The notes below the pieces were generated by a model that searched no databases, was not told the DNA's origin, and was given only the letters and a program-made list of their open reading frames with translations. DNA of 61,311 bases, counting the filler, from Sluysia triapertura (Eukaryota), in assembly GCA_046118255.1 (NCBI GenBank). It is 4 parts of 4 records of this genome, joined end to end, with 100 filler letters (N's around TTAATTAATTAA, not from the genome) between each part and the next. Parts side by side here need not be neighbours in the genome. Positions count along the whole stretch, not along the records: positions 1 to 18,811 come from JBJNIA010117528.1; positions 18,912 to 33,380 come from JBJNIA010257848.1; 2 more parts are not named here. The stretch is one strand, 5' to 3'. Shown piece by piece: positions 11,286 through 24,865 of the stretch; the stretch's first letter is position 1, and every line of letters starts with the position of its first letter. The position numbers and the translations under genes were made by a program.

Positions 11286-13499
11286 CTACAAAATATGAAA
11301 CAATAATAATATTATTAAGTATATAAGCCAAACATTTGACCACACACAAAATCTATAAATCAGACTAAAATTTTTTACGTCATTTATTAATTAAAATATT
11401 TATTTATATTTACATTTAATTATAAACAATTAAATTTAGGTATCTTATTATCTATTAGATGTCTTCAAAGTGTTCTTAATTTATAATAGCCTAATTTTCT
11501 AACTGGAAAAAGTTTAAAAAGAAATTATCAATGTCGTCAAATAAAATTTCGATAATCTTCAAAAACTGCCAGATCTAGATCATATGGATTTTTATCACGA
11601 AAAATTGAAATATTATTAATGCAAAAAATCCTTTTCATATACTTAAGTTTTCTCCGTAATGGAATAAATTCAGTAAAACAAACTTTTTTTAACTTAGGAA
11701 AAACCATTTTTGTTCACTTATGTTGGAAAGATTACATTATTTGGTTCAATATGAAGAATAATTCAAGAAAAAAGTAGGAAAATTCGCAGACTTTAGCAAT
11801 CTTGCCATTGCCAGAATTGTAGAATTTAGTAAAACACCGTTGTACAGTTATCTTATTCATATTAACTGCTAATTTTCTTAATTTGGTTGTGTTCAACTTA
11901 CAAATTTGTTCACTTGTTGAAAACAAACTAAACACAAATTAAACATGATTTGCTATTAACAATAATGACATATATATAAAATGACATTAAGCGCATCATG
12001 TATATTTTTCGTACCAAGTGGTCTACGTAAAATTCCAAAATCTCCAAATAGGGTCTGTGTCAGTTAATGAGTTATCGAATCTGAATAAAACATTTATTAT
12101 GATAATGATGAAAAATTTATTGTAACACTTTTCAGTCCATTTCAATTTTTTATTTCAATAAAATAATATAGAATTCGTGAGATGGTTTCAATAATGGACA
12201 CCAGTTCGCATAGTAAGATTATCGATTATTTTTCATTAAAAATGAAATACATTAAAACAAAATTATCAAATTCAGTGGATCATAATTTTTTATCATAAGC
12301 TAGTACTCTTCAACTGAGCGCTACTTATTTTTAATTAAATAATGGTTATTCTCTATTAATAAGCACTAAATTTTAATGAATCTTAATCGATTTTACGCTT
12401 CAATGTTCCAGATTTCAGCCTACTATTACTATCATCTGAAGATGCTGCGAATAAATATGAAATTATTATTACTTGAAATGACAATAAATAAAAGATATAT
12501 CATTGATAGTTTTAAAATATTATCACTTAAATCTAATTTAAATCAAAAATAAAATATTATTGATTTAATTTTATGAAAAGTAAACAAAATGACTAAAGAA
12601 TATCCCTTTTTATTCTTTAATCTCAATTTAAATGTGAATATTTATTAAACATCCTCTTTTAATCTTTGTATTCAATATACAATTCTTGTTTTGTTGTAGA
12701 TCCTGCTACACATGCTTTATACGGCTTGGATCTATTTTCTCTATTTTTAATATTTCATTGAAATAAATGTAACTATGAATTCTTGAAAGTTGTAACGGTG
12801 AACCACATCATTATACTTAAACTATTGATTTTCATTGTAATTTATGAAATGCAATATGTTAAGAATTTACAATACGTCGTTTAATTTTTTCAAATCTAGA
12901 TATGAAAATTAATTAAGTATGAGTTTTTATATCAATTTTCATTTGTGAGTAGACTTTTCTTTTCTTGTTCATATTATAATACTAAGTTTTCCAACTTTTT
13001 AAGAATTAGCAATTGCTTGTGTTTCATATTTGCACCTTCATAAGTAATAGTATTGTTATTTTGATTTATTTCACCACTTTACTTTGCTTTTATATCTGAT
13101 TTCTCACGTTAATATTATAAATAATTTTCATTTTCAGATGACATGACTAAAAGAAGTTTCAATTAAATTTGTATATTTCTTACAAGATAATAATCTTACA
13201 CAAGATAATATTTAGTTAAAAATTTACATGGAATACACAACATAATTCCAACTGTCTTATCTTAATTAATGTGTATAATGTGGCTGCAATTATTGTTAAG
13301 TGATTATAAATGGAATTTCTTTAGGTGCATAAATCAGTGAATATCATGGTAATGTAGGATTGTTGCTTTATCTCGAGAAGAAAACCGCAACTTCATAATT
13401 TAATTTTAAGAGATGAAACATGCATCTTAATAAAACATTTATAATAATAATAATAATAATAATTATTATTATTATTAAAATCACTAAATTGCATCAAAT

Positions 13500-13905
13500 G
13501 ACTTGGAATCTTTTAAATTCTTGAAGATGTAATAATGGTCTTGTGAATTTCAGGCAAGTGCGTGATTGGTTTAACAATGTAATATCTTTTCTGATGGGTG
13601 CTGAAACATGTGAATGAGCACCTTCTTTCTGAATTAGTGCTGGAATAAAAGCAACAGTTTCATTAAAATGTATAGTTTTAAGGTGAATTATATCTCTATT
13701 TTTGTGTCATTTTGATAATTTCTTCATTATTTTCATATATTTTTATTTGGTATATGTCTTTCCATCATTCTGTAAATTTCTACTGTAGAATAATTCTTCT
13801 TTTTGTCATTATATTCAATCAAGATCTTGTCATTATTAACAAACCAAGCTTGTGCTTTGTTTATAATTTTGTAACAGAAATATCATAATCTATTTGATCT
13901 ATGTG
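13500..13905 (-). mobile_element. Possible LTR-retrotransposon remnant within the ERK intron
   Basis: Frameshifted AFIPAL / FRKKVLIHMFQHPS resembles integrase YIP..LR..VL...H.HPG. Weak evidence. Confidence 0.3.
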
Positions 13906-14001
13906 ATTTTAAAAAGTAGAAATACAATCTTTTGAAAACAGGCATTTTAAAATATTTTTATAATAATAAAATTTGAAAAATAATAACAGAAAATAACTAA
14001 C

Positions 14002-14111
14002 TTCATCTGTAGGATCGTAATACTGATTTAAGTAATTGTGTTCAAGAGCTTCTGCAGCTGATAAACGTTTTGAAGGATTAAATGCAAGTAACTTGTCCAA
14101 AATATCAAGAG
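14002..14111 (-). CDS. ERK-type MAP kinase, penultimate coding exon (subdomain XI + CD docking motif)
   Basis: ttcag|..|gttagt bounded 110-nt exon encoding (A)[36 protein letters not shown], matching ERK1/2 ALDLLDKMLTFNPHKRI..YYDPSDE. Confidence 0.88.
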
Positions 14112-14150
14112 CTGAATAAATATCAAATTATTTATTCTTAACCACTTTAA

Positions 14151-14351
14151 CCCTTATCATTCCAACTGATAGTAATACTACCAAGATTAAGTCAGAGTTC
14201 TATTTCAACCGGCAATTCGACAGCCAGAATTTTGTAATGTTATTGTTATTGTGTTTAATTCACTACGTGATAAAACGTATGAAGAGTATTTTTAAATCAT
14301 TTTAAACTTAACAAAACAAACCACTCTCTAAAATTCTTGGAATGATAAGGG
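14151..14351. mobile_element. 201-bp piggyBac-type MITE upstream of the ERK exon (probably intronic)
   Basis: Perfect 15-bp TIRs CCCTTATCATTCCAA (14151-14165) and TTGGAATGATAAGGG (14337-14351), flanked by TTAA and TTGA. Confidence 0.85.
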
Positions 14352-16809
14352 TTGAAATAATTTTAGTTACTCCTTGGATTCAATTTTAGTCATTAGTAAA
14401 TTTATTATTTAAAGAAACCATAATCTTCCCCTTACAATGCAATGTTAGTAACTCCGATTTAATGAGAAGAAAGTTGTAATTTAAAATCAATATTATTATT
14501 GTAATCAAAGATTTAAGAAACTTTAGATCAACTTTAGTGTCTTCATTTTTTATTTTTACAAAAGTTTTGAATATTATTTGAATTAAAATATAAATTTGTC
14601 GTTTATTTACCTTACTAATATAAAGTTATATTAAGCAAGGCGGAAGTTACAGACCTTCTAAGTTTTTTATTTATAAAGTTGCCAATAGCTTTGGACAGCA
14701 TAGACATGAAATCATAAAATATATAATTCAAAAATGAACATGAACGGAAATATTCAGTGCATTTTCAAAAAATACCAATTTAAAAAATATCAAATATTAA
14801 AAAATTTATTAATAAAGACACGGCTAAATTAAGTATCATTCACTGATAACTAATAGTGCAGATTTTAATAATAGTGTGTTGTATGTTATACAGTAAAGTG
14901 TGAAAATTTCAATTATTATTGTATCAATTGGCAAGAATAATCTTCCAAATAATATTTCTTATAACATCTTATCTCACCAATAAACCATGAATAGAATTCA
15001 AAATCATGATAGTAATCTATAAATGCATATATTATTCTATTGGAAAGAATAAAAATTAATACAATACAGAATGCACAATAATACATCGTTTGTTTCAAAA
15101 ATATACAACCAGCTACAGGAGAATGTCAAATCATTATTTCAGAAATATTTTAATAACTTAATTTATTTTATTTTAAACGTTTTTGAATACTTATTTTAGC
15201 GTTAGATGAATTAATATTAATATCAGAATCTACGATTTGTATGCAACTATTTTAAAACAAAATTATAATTACAAAATTAAGTAAAATATCAAAATTAGAT
15301 AACATTAAAAACTAAAGAAAATATTTACAGAAACACCAATAAGTATTCAGAAACATTTAAAAAACAAGATAAAAATAAGAAAATAGAAAGAAAAAAATAC
15401 GAGAATTTGTCACACTTAATTAGCATCCAGAAAACATCACTGATCACATGTAGACTCCAATGAAGCATGCAAGTTCTAACCATATAATATTCGTCTTATT
15501 AGTTTGTGATTGTTAATGTATATATGCTGGCTATAAATTGTTATGTAAATAAAATAACATACAAACAGCAGAATTTTTGATAACAATTGTTATAATAAAT
15601 TTAATTATTAGCGTCATTGAAGCATTATTAAATTTACTTTTTGCAGCTATTGAAAATATTATTAAATCGACTTATTGAATCTGGTATTAAATTGTGTTTA
15701 GAAATATAATTTGAGAAATTATAAAAAAATTTCTTTTTTAGCTTCTTAGGAGTGGCTTACAATATCGATAAGACCATTATTTTTATATTTAAATAAAAGT
15801 GTGTCAATTAACTTTTCTTTCTTTAAGCAAGAACTAATAAAATTGAACTCATATTTATAAGTTGCATTTTCATTTCTGGGGAACCAGAAACATTAAAACT
15901 ACTCATTATAACGTAAAATTATAGTCACATAGTTTAAATTTGAATGAACTTTTCAATTATTGCAAGAATTTTATAAAATTTCAATATAAGATGAAATGGT
16001 TAAAGATCGAAATAAATCATCGAGTTTATTGTTTATTATGCTTATGATTATTATAAAACAATTTATTATTGAGACATTTGTAAATTTTGATTGTTATTTG
16101 ATTGAATGCAATTTAAAGCTATATATAAATCAATTTAAACCAATATAAATCAATATAAGTCAATATAGACGTATTTCATATTTCCTCAAATCGAAATTAC
16201 AAAATTAAATTGTATAAATGTAGTGGCTCAAAATTAAACTTACAATTTTAAACATATTACAACTTTTTATTCTAATTCATCTATACTCTTCAACACATGG
16301 TTATACATTTTAATATCAGGTTATATTTTCGTATTATATCATAAAATGCTTTTATTTTAAACCTTATTAATCAATTAAATTTCAATCCATATTTCTAAGA
16401 ATCGAATTATATATTTTGTATTAATAATACATTGCAGAACTTTTAATATCTTTCCTTAAAGCTGCAGTAAAATTATTAAGGTTATTCTAGTCTTATTTTA
16501 TATTATTTTATATTATTAATTAATTGAAATTTGTAATATTAGTAATATTTATTAGAAAATATTAATATCTACTATAACGTACTTATAAATGCATACTTTT
16601 ATTGATTCTTACTGTGAGAAATTTTGTGTGAAAATATTGATTTTTGTACTATTTAAATATTTTATTTAAATACAATTTAAATTAAAAGATAAACACGCTC
16701 AATGAATTGTAAAAAAACTATAATATAATGTAAAGAAAATAGATCGAATCCGCTACACAATAGTTATGTATTGAATGCGAGAAAACTACTGAAAAATGAA
16801 TGTGAATAA

Positions 16810-18640
16810 ATACATTCTAGGTTTTTAGTATATTGGTGCATCATCTTTCATAAATAAATTGATTATATTCTGTATCAAATCTATCTATAACGACTGAAAA
16901 TTTTCGTTTATTATTGGATAATGATTATAGTATGCCAGTCGAATTTGGTAGTCCAATCAATTTTGGTGATTTTACTAAATTGGTATTGTTTTATGAACTT
17001 GTATGAGACAAAAGAAAACGCTCTTTATATACACAAATTTTCTACTCTACATGTATGCGCATATAAATAAATATAAAGAAATCTTTTTTACGTCATACTA
17101 GCAAATATTAATGAGAAAGGTTACATTTTTGGTGATATTAGTCATTTAAAATTTAATCAATGGAATCCAAAACATTATGTATTCATTGGTTATTTTTGCA
17201 AATGGTAAATGCATAATTAAGAAACCAATAGAATATATTTCATATCCTATCAGAAACCAAGTTGATTGGAAGAATCATTTAATTTATACAAGCTAACATC
17301 AAAGCTTGGTTACCACTGCATGTTTGAAGCTGAAATATTTCCTGACCTGCATTATTTGGAATACAATCATTTTATTATTTTTGTATAAATTAATATAAGT
17401 GGATCTTCTATAACGTTACAATCAGTGCCAAGTAGCTCTCCAAAATTCAGGCGAAGTGGAGACTGAAGAGCACCGCTGAGGATCGATAAATTAATGTTTA
17501 ATTTGAGTCCGAAATAGAAAATGTCATCACACTTGATGGCGAATATGTCTGGACTTAATGGAAGGTCATAATGACTTTAAATTTTGTTATTTTAATTTAT
17601 TTTTGGATATAGAAAATATAGCTTGCGTCGTTTATAATTGTTAATTAAGATACAAAGTATTCACAGAAGGAAATAATTAATTTTATGGGGTATTTATTTT
17701 ATTTAATTATATAAAGATATATTGTGGATTCAAATATATTTTTATTTAGTAATGGTGTGGTTTATAAATATATATAAAGTAGCTTAAATCATTTAAATTT
17801 ATCAGCGCCTTTGACTTAAAATACTTATTTAAACAGTAAAGATTTTTAGGACGAAATAGTATTAATATTGCACGAACTAAATTTTAATTAATATGATAAA
17901 AGCACCGAAAATAAATATAGTAATAATAGTAATAGTAATAATGATAGTAATAATAATACAATATATCCAAAATATGATCACAATAAGAATTTAGGACGAT
18001 ACGCACATTATGTAGCAAATGTAGCACCATATAAATATTTTAATATGAGTGTAAGAAATAGTAAAAGTTTTAAAAATGCAAAAACAGGTGTAATCATGAA
18101 AGTTACAAAAATAAATAATGAAGTTTGTACAATTACAAAACATGTGCTATTAGTGTAATTCCATATAATCTATTAGCACAATCAACATCTAAAAGTTCAT
18201 TTTCTTGCAGTACTATATCATTAAGACCATCATCATTATGAAAGTTAGTTCTAGACATATTTGAAAGTAGTGAGGACAATGTAGGTATTGATAATTTTCT
18301 GACTCCAAGTAACATAAAGGATGAGGTCATTGTTACAGAAGCGAATCTAGGTTCATTAAACTCAAATATATCACCACCATTAGTAACAATTATATGAAAA
18401 TTTAAAAACGTAAAACTAAATCTTCGCCACTACCAGTAGCACGAAAGCCATTACCTAAAAAAAGCAGGACAAATGCAAACGAGTGTACAATTTAAGTAAA
18501 ATACAAAAAGTAAGTTTTTATTTAAATATAATTATTTTTTAGATTATTCACTAAACTATGGAACAATAAGGACTATTTGCGTTTTCAACATTCTGTATTG
18601 AAATTGCATTATTGAAAGGATTAGGATTTGGATAATATAT
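16810..18640 (+). pseudogene. Probable decayed multi-exon gene of unknown family
   Basis: AG/GT-bounded coding-like blocks (NINEKGYIFGDISHLKFNQWNPKHYVFIGYFCK; LGRYAHYVANVAPYKYF; LRPSSL*KLVLDIFES) with stops and frameshifts. Confidence 0.35.
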
Positions 18641-18811
18641 CAGGTATTATTAATATTCAAAAACATGTTTTGATACTACTCATTTTAATTATTGATAAAA
18701 ATGAAAATGAAATAGAAACTGCAGTATATAAAATTACAATTACCGCCTTGTCAATTACTTGAAGCTAAATTAGTATAAAGAGTATTAATTAGGATTGCTG
18801 AGGTGTTTTAA

Positions 18812-18911
18812 NNNNNNNNNNNNNNNNNNNNNNNNNNNNNNNNNNNNNNNNNNNNTTAATTAATTAANNNNNNNNNNNNNNNNNNNNNNNNNNNNNNNNN
18901 NNNNNNNNNNN
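18812..18911. other. Artificial contig spacer N44-TTAATTAATTAA-N44
   Basis: An identical 100-nt structure occurs three times. The 12-mer is palindromic with stops in all six frames. Confidence 0.97.
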
Positions 18912-20199
18912 GATTCATATAACTATAACTGTGATATAAAGATTTTTGTTATAAGATTTGATTTGTATAATTGTTATAGAAAAATATACAGAGATTCAGT
19001 TTTATTTGATTTGAGTTATTCAAAAGGGTTATTTATAAACGAAAAACACAAGAAAATCTTAGTATGAAATTAATCTTACCAGTTATCTTGAAATCACATT
19101 CTAAGTAATGTTTATTAGTCCTTTTTCTCTCTTCACAAAGAACAACACTTTACGATAAAAACACCTTTAAATTTGAATGATTTATTAGAATAGTCAAGGT
19201 TCGAGGAAATGATCTACTCACAGATGATTAAAAACAAAAGATATTTAAAATTCTTGTTAATACGATAAAAAATGTTATATATTCTTACTCACTTGTTTGA
19301 ACATGTACTCGAAATTCATAAATGTGAATAAAATAAAATCAAATATTCTTGATAACTGATAATTATTTAAACTGAATCAAATGTAAAAAAAACACGCAGG
19401 ATAGCTTCTTCATGACTATCTTAATCATCGATATCAATAAGATGCATATCAATTATTTTGTCTGATTTCCAACATTGAAAGTGTTTTGATTACCCGCGTA
19501 AACTACTGCATGCTGCATTAAATCGTCCATAATAAAAATTGTCGACTTGTGATTCAACTAAGCACGGTATTCCATCATTAAATAGTAAAAGATTAAAATG
19601 TTACTCAATCTTTGATCACAAATTAAGCATACGATAGAAAATTTTTAAAGGAATCGTAAAAAATATTTAATAAATTTTTCTTATATTACTTAATTCCACG
19701 CTTAATGCTTTTACATAAATAGTTTTACAATATTTAGAAAAGGAAAGTTGGTTATCTTTATTACAATTCGAATATTAGCAATATTTGAAACACTGTTACA
19801 TATATTATTTATTCAGTTATTTCAGTTTTATTTGTAAATAATATTAATTAATTTTTTCAATTTTTAATCACAATAAAATATCATTTGACAGCTACTGGGC
19901 AAATCACATTTCATTAGCCAAATATGTAGTAACAGTAAAATGCAGTGAAAATAATGTCGATAATAATAATCATAATATTGATTAAATAATCGTAATAAAT
20001 TTTAAATTTCATTATAAATAAATACTTGTTTAATAAACACTTGAAACTTATTATTGTAATCTAAGTTTTGGGACTGTAAAATAAAAGACAGAAACAAATA
20101 TATCATATCAAACATCCCACTGAACTACTCATTATCCAAAGTTTTATTACTCATAATACACCAAACATAAACAACTACACAACCATATAAAACTTTAAT

Positions 20200-20340
20200 C
20201 ACTCAATACATTAAAATTCACTAAACTCACGTTTAAAATCAATCAAAAAAATGAAATGAAATTTCTATGAAATACCTTCAATTTCTTTCAATTTTCTACC
20301 ATAATTCTCTTCCTTATTCTCTCTTCTCCACAACTATAAC
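20200..20340 (+). repeat. Family C dispersed repeat (C/A-skewed), copy 1
   Basis: gtttaaaatc..aaatgaaatttc.atgaaa.accttcaatttc matches the reverse complement of ~43870-44010. Confidence 0.75.
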
Positions 20341-22057
20341 TTAAACCCAAATTTATCATAAACAGCCTTTTGAATTTAATATAAAATTCAAATTATTCAA
20401 ACCAGACAAATCATTTTTAAGCAGTAATTCATCATTTACAATATTATTTGGCTGCAGAATATGATGATTATCACTTTTTAGACTCTTTAATTATCTTTCT
20501 TAATCCATCTTTTTTATGAATTCATTCTCTCAATTTGTCGTACATCTAATATACCAAGTTTTAAATATTTATTCTTACATTTTAAAATTTATTTTGTGCT
20601 TAAAGAAAATAATGTAATTATTTATTTAATAATTGATCATTAAGTTAATAATAAACTTTATTGCAATCTAAGGACTTTAAATAAATATTTTATAACTTTA
20701 AACCTAAATAAAGGTTTAAAGTTTAATTAATTTAATTAATTAATTTAAATCTAAAGTCCTTCGCTGCATTTTTAAAAATGGGAGAGTCCAGAAAAGCACG
20801 CTAAACAAAAGTCAAGCAATGACGTCAGACAAAATCCATAAGATCACGCAACAAAAGTCATTTCAAAGACTACTATTCGCAGAAGTAAAGAAATAGTAGC
20901 AAAGATAACATAAAATGATATTCAAGTTCGCGGTTCGGTTACTTTGTTACATTTCGGTTATCATTGTTAATTGATTCTTGAATGTTTTACATATTTGATT
21001 GTATTATATATATTTCTTGATTATTTGATCTTTATATTGGTGAGTAAAAATAAACTTTAATATTGAATTTTGTTGAATTGATAATTATCGAGCTATTCAT
21101 AACTAAAGATAAATTAATAAATTTTCTAATGATATCCGTAAATTACCATTAAAATAATTAAGGAATTGTACTTGTTGAGAATGTTCATTGAGACCCTCAC
21201 AATATTAATTTTATAAATTACATTGATAAAATCATACAGGACCACCTACTTCACCTCATAAGTCACTTACAATGGGCGAACCCGTAATAAATTCATTTTG
21301 CTAAGTTTAAGTTTAAAATGAAACACTAACTATACAACGAATTTAATGGCTATATAATAGAAATATAAGAACTAACATTCTAACATAAATATTAAATTGA
21401 TAATAATTATTATTATTATTACTATATTATTCAAATTTCAAAAATTAATAATTTCTATGATTATGGTTAATCATATAAATGTTAAACATATTTGATAATT
21501 TTAACAAATAATAACTGTAATCAACAAAAATGGAATTAATTTAACACGATTTTGGTAAAAAAGACGTTAGTTAAATTTGTTGTAGATCTTTTCCTATTGT
21601 ATTTTAAACAGTAGCATAAAATCTCGCGAAAATATTTTGTACTATTTTGAACAGACATACAAAATCATTAATAAAATCATATAAAAGTATTGAAAGGTAA
21701 AAATTTTTAAATATTTAAAATATCTTATATACAACTGTAGACTCCATTGATCTCCATGTATAATAAGTTTTTATAAATATATTAATTGTACACGTGTTCT
21801 GTTTGTATTCATATTAAGCCTCTAAATCCACATTTTAAATATTGGAATAAAATAGCAGGGTATTTTAAAATATATTATTAATATTTGCAACTCTCATTGT
21901 AAACAGAAGTGTAAAATCACTATATTTAAACTATTATAATTACTTCATAATTTGAAAGCTATTATATTTGACCTCCAATTTTTAAGGAATAGTTGAAATA
22001 CGCAAGAAATAAGAAACGATAATACTGTTAGACTTAGATTAATAATAATAATAATAA

Positions 22058-22832
22058 TGTTGGGATACAAGCCACTTAGTATAATTGTGGTGGCCAACCT
22101 TTTCACTTTAAGTTCGAATTACCAAATCACATGAAATATCACATTTTCTTACATTTTGCCTTTCAGATCCATTAAGACCTTTTTTTATTTCAAAGTGTTT
22201 TAAATTACAACTTTATAACATTATATTCATACTTACATTCAAAACCATTAATATACATTTAAATTTCATTCAAAACATTTTAATTCACAATTTCACAACA
22301 TCAGAATCACAATTTACATCTCAAAATATCAAATTATCAAATTGAAATATACCAAACATTTCAAGTTCACAAGCCTTCGACACTCAACCATTAACATCAG
22401 CGAAAAACATTGAAATCATATTCCAAAATCAATTTAAAACATCTTAATCAAAGTCACATGTATTTAGCATCTTTAGTTATGTATTATTTTATTTGCGCAT
22501 TCTTTTATCAATTTTTTCTACATTACATACCTTGGTAATCACTAAATAAAGTTTCTTTCAAAGAATACAAGAATTAAATCTAATATTGCAAAACCACCTA
22601 AAGAAAGAAACGAACTATATTCATAAACAAGAACTAAAAGCACCAAAAGAATTTTATTCATCTAATCATAAAAGAATTTTATTTATAAATTTCATTTTTA
22701 AGAAATAAGTTAAGATATAGATTTATGTTTAAAAGAAATATGTTTAGAATTAGAAAGAGTTTATGTGTTTCTAAATCTTTTAATCTTTCATAATATTATT
22801 ATCAATTTTATTCATTTTACTATTATTTACTT

Positions 22833-22884
<52 letters not shown>

Positions 22885-23165
22885 CTACATTATTAGTATT
22901 AACATTACCATTATAATTTAATTATTATTCTTTGGGCATCTACTTTTTTTCATTTAATGGTCTGTCATTAGTCGACAGTTTAATTAAAAGCAGCCTCTCA
23001 TATCATGTTAACTGTCGACTGATGACAGTTGCTTACCGAATCAATGCATTTGTTGTGTACTTTTATCGTCAGCCAATAGAGTACACATTATCGTAGAGTT
23101 ACTAATAAGACTCAATTAGAGTAAAGCACATACACTCAGAATTGGTACTGTTGGCAAAATACTAA
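22058..23165 (+). repeat. Family A copy: TGTTGG start, C/A-skewed body, (ATT)n, hairpin, CCAAT
   Basis: Shares ggccaacct, caaatcacat and atccattaa in order with the minus strand of 34512-33880. Hairpin arms are 22962-22980 and 23010-23028. agccaat(c)agagt and tgttggcaaaa are shared with the 1-560 copy. Confidence 0.7.
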
Positions 23166-23407
23166 AATAAACAGTTTAATTAAAATTAGACGCAATTTAA
23201 TTAGTTTACAAATTGTTAAAAATAGTATTCAATTAAAAAATATTGTTGTTTATAACACTGATAACACTGACTACTATTAAAAAGATTTTAAAAATTCTAG
23301 ATTAATATACAATAAATTGTAACAATGATAATAAGAAATCTACTTTCCAAATCGACCTTATCCCTAAATTTATTTACCAACATATTCATTTCAAAAGATC
23401 ATTTATA

Positions 23408-23794
23408 ATGTTTAAAGAAATTCTAATTTTACAACCACAACAAGGTATGATGAATAAAAGTAAACAAAAAAACAAATATAATAAAATAGTCCATTTAAAC
23501 AAGCGAAAAAAAGATATTATTAGATCAACATTTACTACTTCAAGTACAAAACGTTTGGCGCAGTGTACTTTCCAAACTAATGAATTAGGAATATGTCTGA
23601 AGTTTGGTAAAAGATGTAAATACTATCACAATATTACAAAAATCGATCACATTGGCATTGCAAACGACAATTTCAATCAACATATGAATCGAATAAATAT
23701 TCTCATCGAAACTTTAAGAATGAAAGAACTAAACGATAATCTAACATTAGAGCAAAGGACCATGCTTTATCGAATAAAATCAGCAATAATTTAG
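23408..23794 (+). CDS. Basic 128-aa ORF with a CCCH-like finger, possibly element-encoded
   Basis: C-TFQTNELGI-C-LKFGKR-C-KYY-H (Cx9Cx6Cx3H) follows a K/N-rich stretch, directly downstream of a family A module. Confidence 0.4.
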   Translation: MFKEILILQPQQGMMNKSKQKNKYNKIVHLNKRKKDIIRSTFTTSSTKRLAQCTFQTNELGICLKFGKRCKYYHNITKIDHIGIANDNFNQHMNRINILIETLRMKELNDNLTLEQRTMLYRIKSAII

Positions 23795-24119
23795 TATTAA
23801 AAGTAATTTTAATTTTTATTGTAGACATTTATTTTAACTTATTTTAACTTACAAGACTGATGGTATGATATGATAAGACAATTGATAATATTTATAATAG
23901 ATGTCGTAATCATACGAATTCCTAATAAATTTGTGTTATTTTATCCTGTGTTATTTTTATTTGTAAACAAAATTCTTAAATTAATAAAATCAAATTTATT
24001 TAACTGGTATAAAGAAAAGAAAAAGTACCTTATTAATTTGATCTTCTTAAATTTTAATTTAAAAATTAATGTTGAAACTATAAAAGGAATAACCATAACA
24101 TATAATCCCTTAAAATAAG

Positions 24120-24865
24120 TGACTACAATAATCTGAAATTGTTAGACGGGGCTGATAGCTCAATGGGTAGCTCGGAAACTTGGGAAAAAATAAAATCGGA
24201 AACAATAATGACTCAGCACAGCATTCTATGAACAAGTTTACACCTTCACCCAAGGTGCAGTCGGCGTGGTCCAGTGATTCTGCTGCCACGGAACTTGAAA
24301 ATCGAAAAACCCGGAAATTCACCTAATGTGGATTCGAGTCGAAAGTAAAACCAACCCAACGACCGAAATTGACCTGGATTGATATAAAACCTAATGCTAA
24401 ACCACAACCAACTAATGAAAGCTCAGTGATAGTTCAACCGACAGTTCTTGCACAAAGTAAACTTTCATATATTACACAACCATTGAATATCAACACACAT
24501 GCAATTAGGCCATTTCATCACCAATTAGGACCTATTACACATACAACTAATGAACTACGTAATCAATTAAAAGTTATTAATCCAATTGCGCAATTAAAAG
24601 CTTCGAAAAAATACGCACAACCAAATACCAAAAAATACCAAACAACCAGTTGCGTAAGAAACGAAATAATAATACAAATATGTACAATGAAAAGTCATTA
24701 AATGAAAACAAAGTGATAATAAGGTATAATGGCTCAGAAATAGTGCTAAACAAAGTCTTTCTCAACTTGGTGAATGCATTTGGTTCATGGCATGGGATGG
24801 TATGCTATAAGGTATGCTGTTAGAATCTCAGTTATGGGACTCCAACAGCGAACCTTGAACATCCT
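24120..24865 (+). pseudogene. Decayed coding-like segment of unknown family
   Basis: Locally higher GC, with a long frame NNDSAQHSMNKFTPSPKVQSAWSSD..RKFT*CGFESKVKPTQRPKLTWIDIKP.. running into ORF 24369-24701. It ends at the family B repeat. Confidence 0.4.

Noticed and set aside
15790-15900. Minus-strand VSGSPEM as the missing ERK GILGSP exon
   Set aside because: Wrong splice phase, no similarity beyond GSP, and an early stop.
24147-24175. tRNA A-box-like GGGGCTGATAGCTCAATGGGTAG
   Set aside because: No B-box or cloverleaf at the proper distance, and it sits in a coding-like frame.
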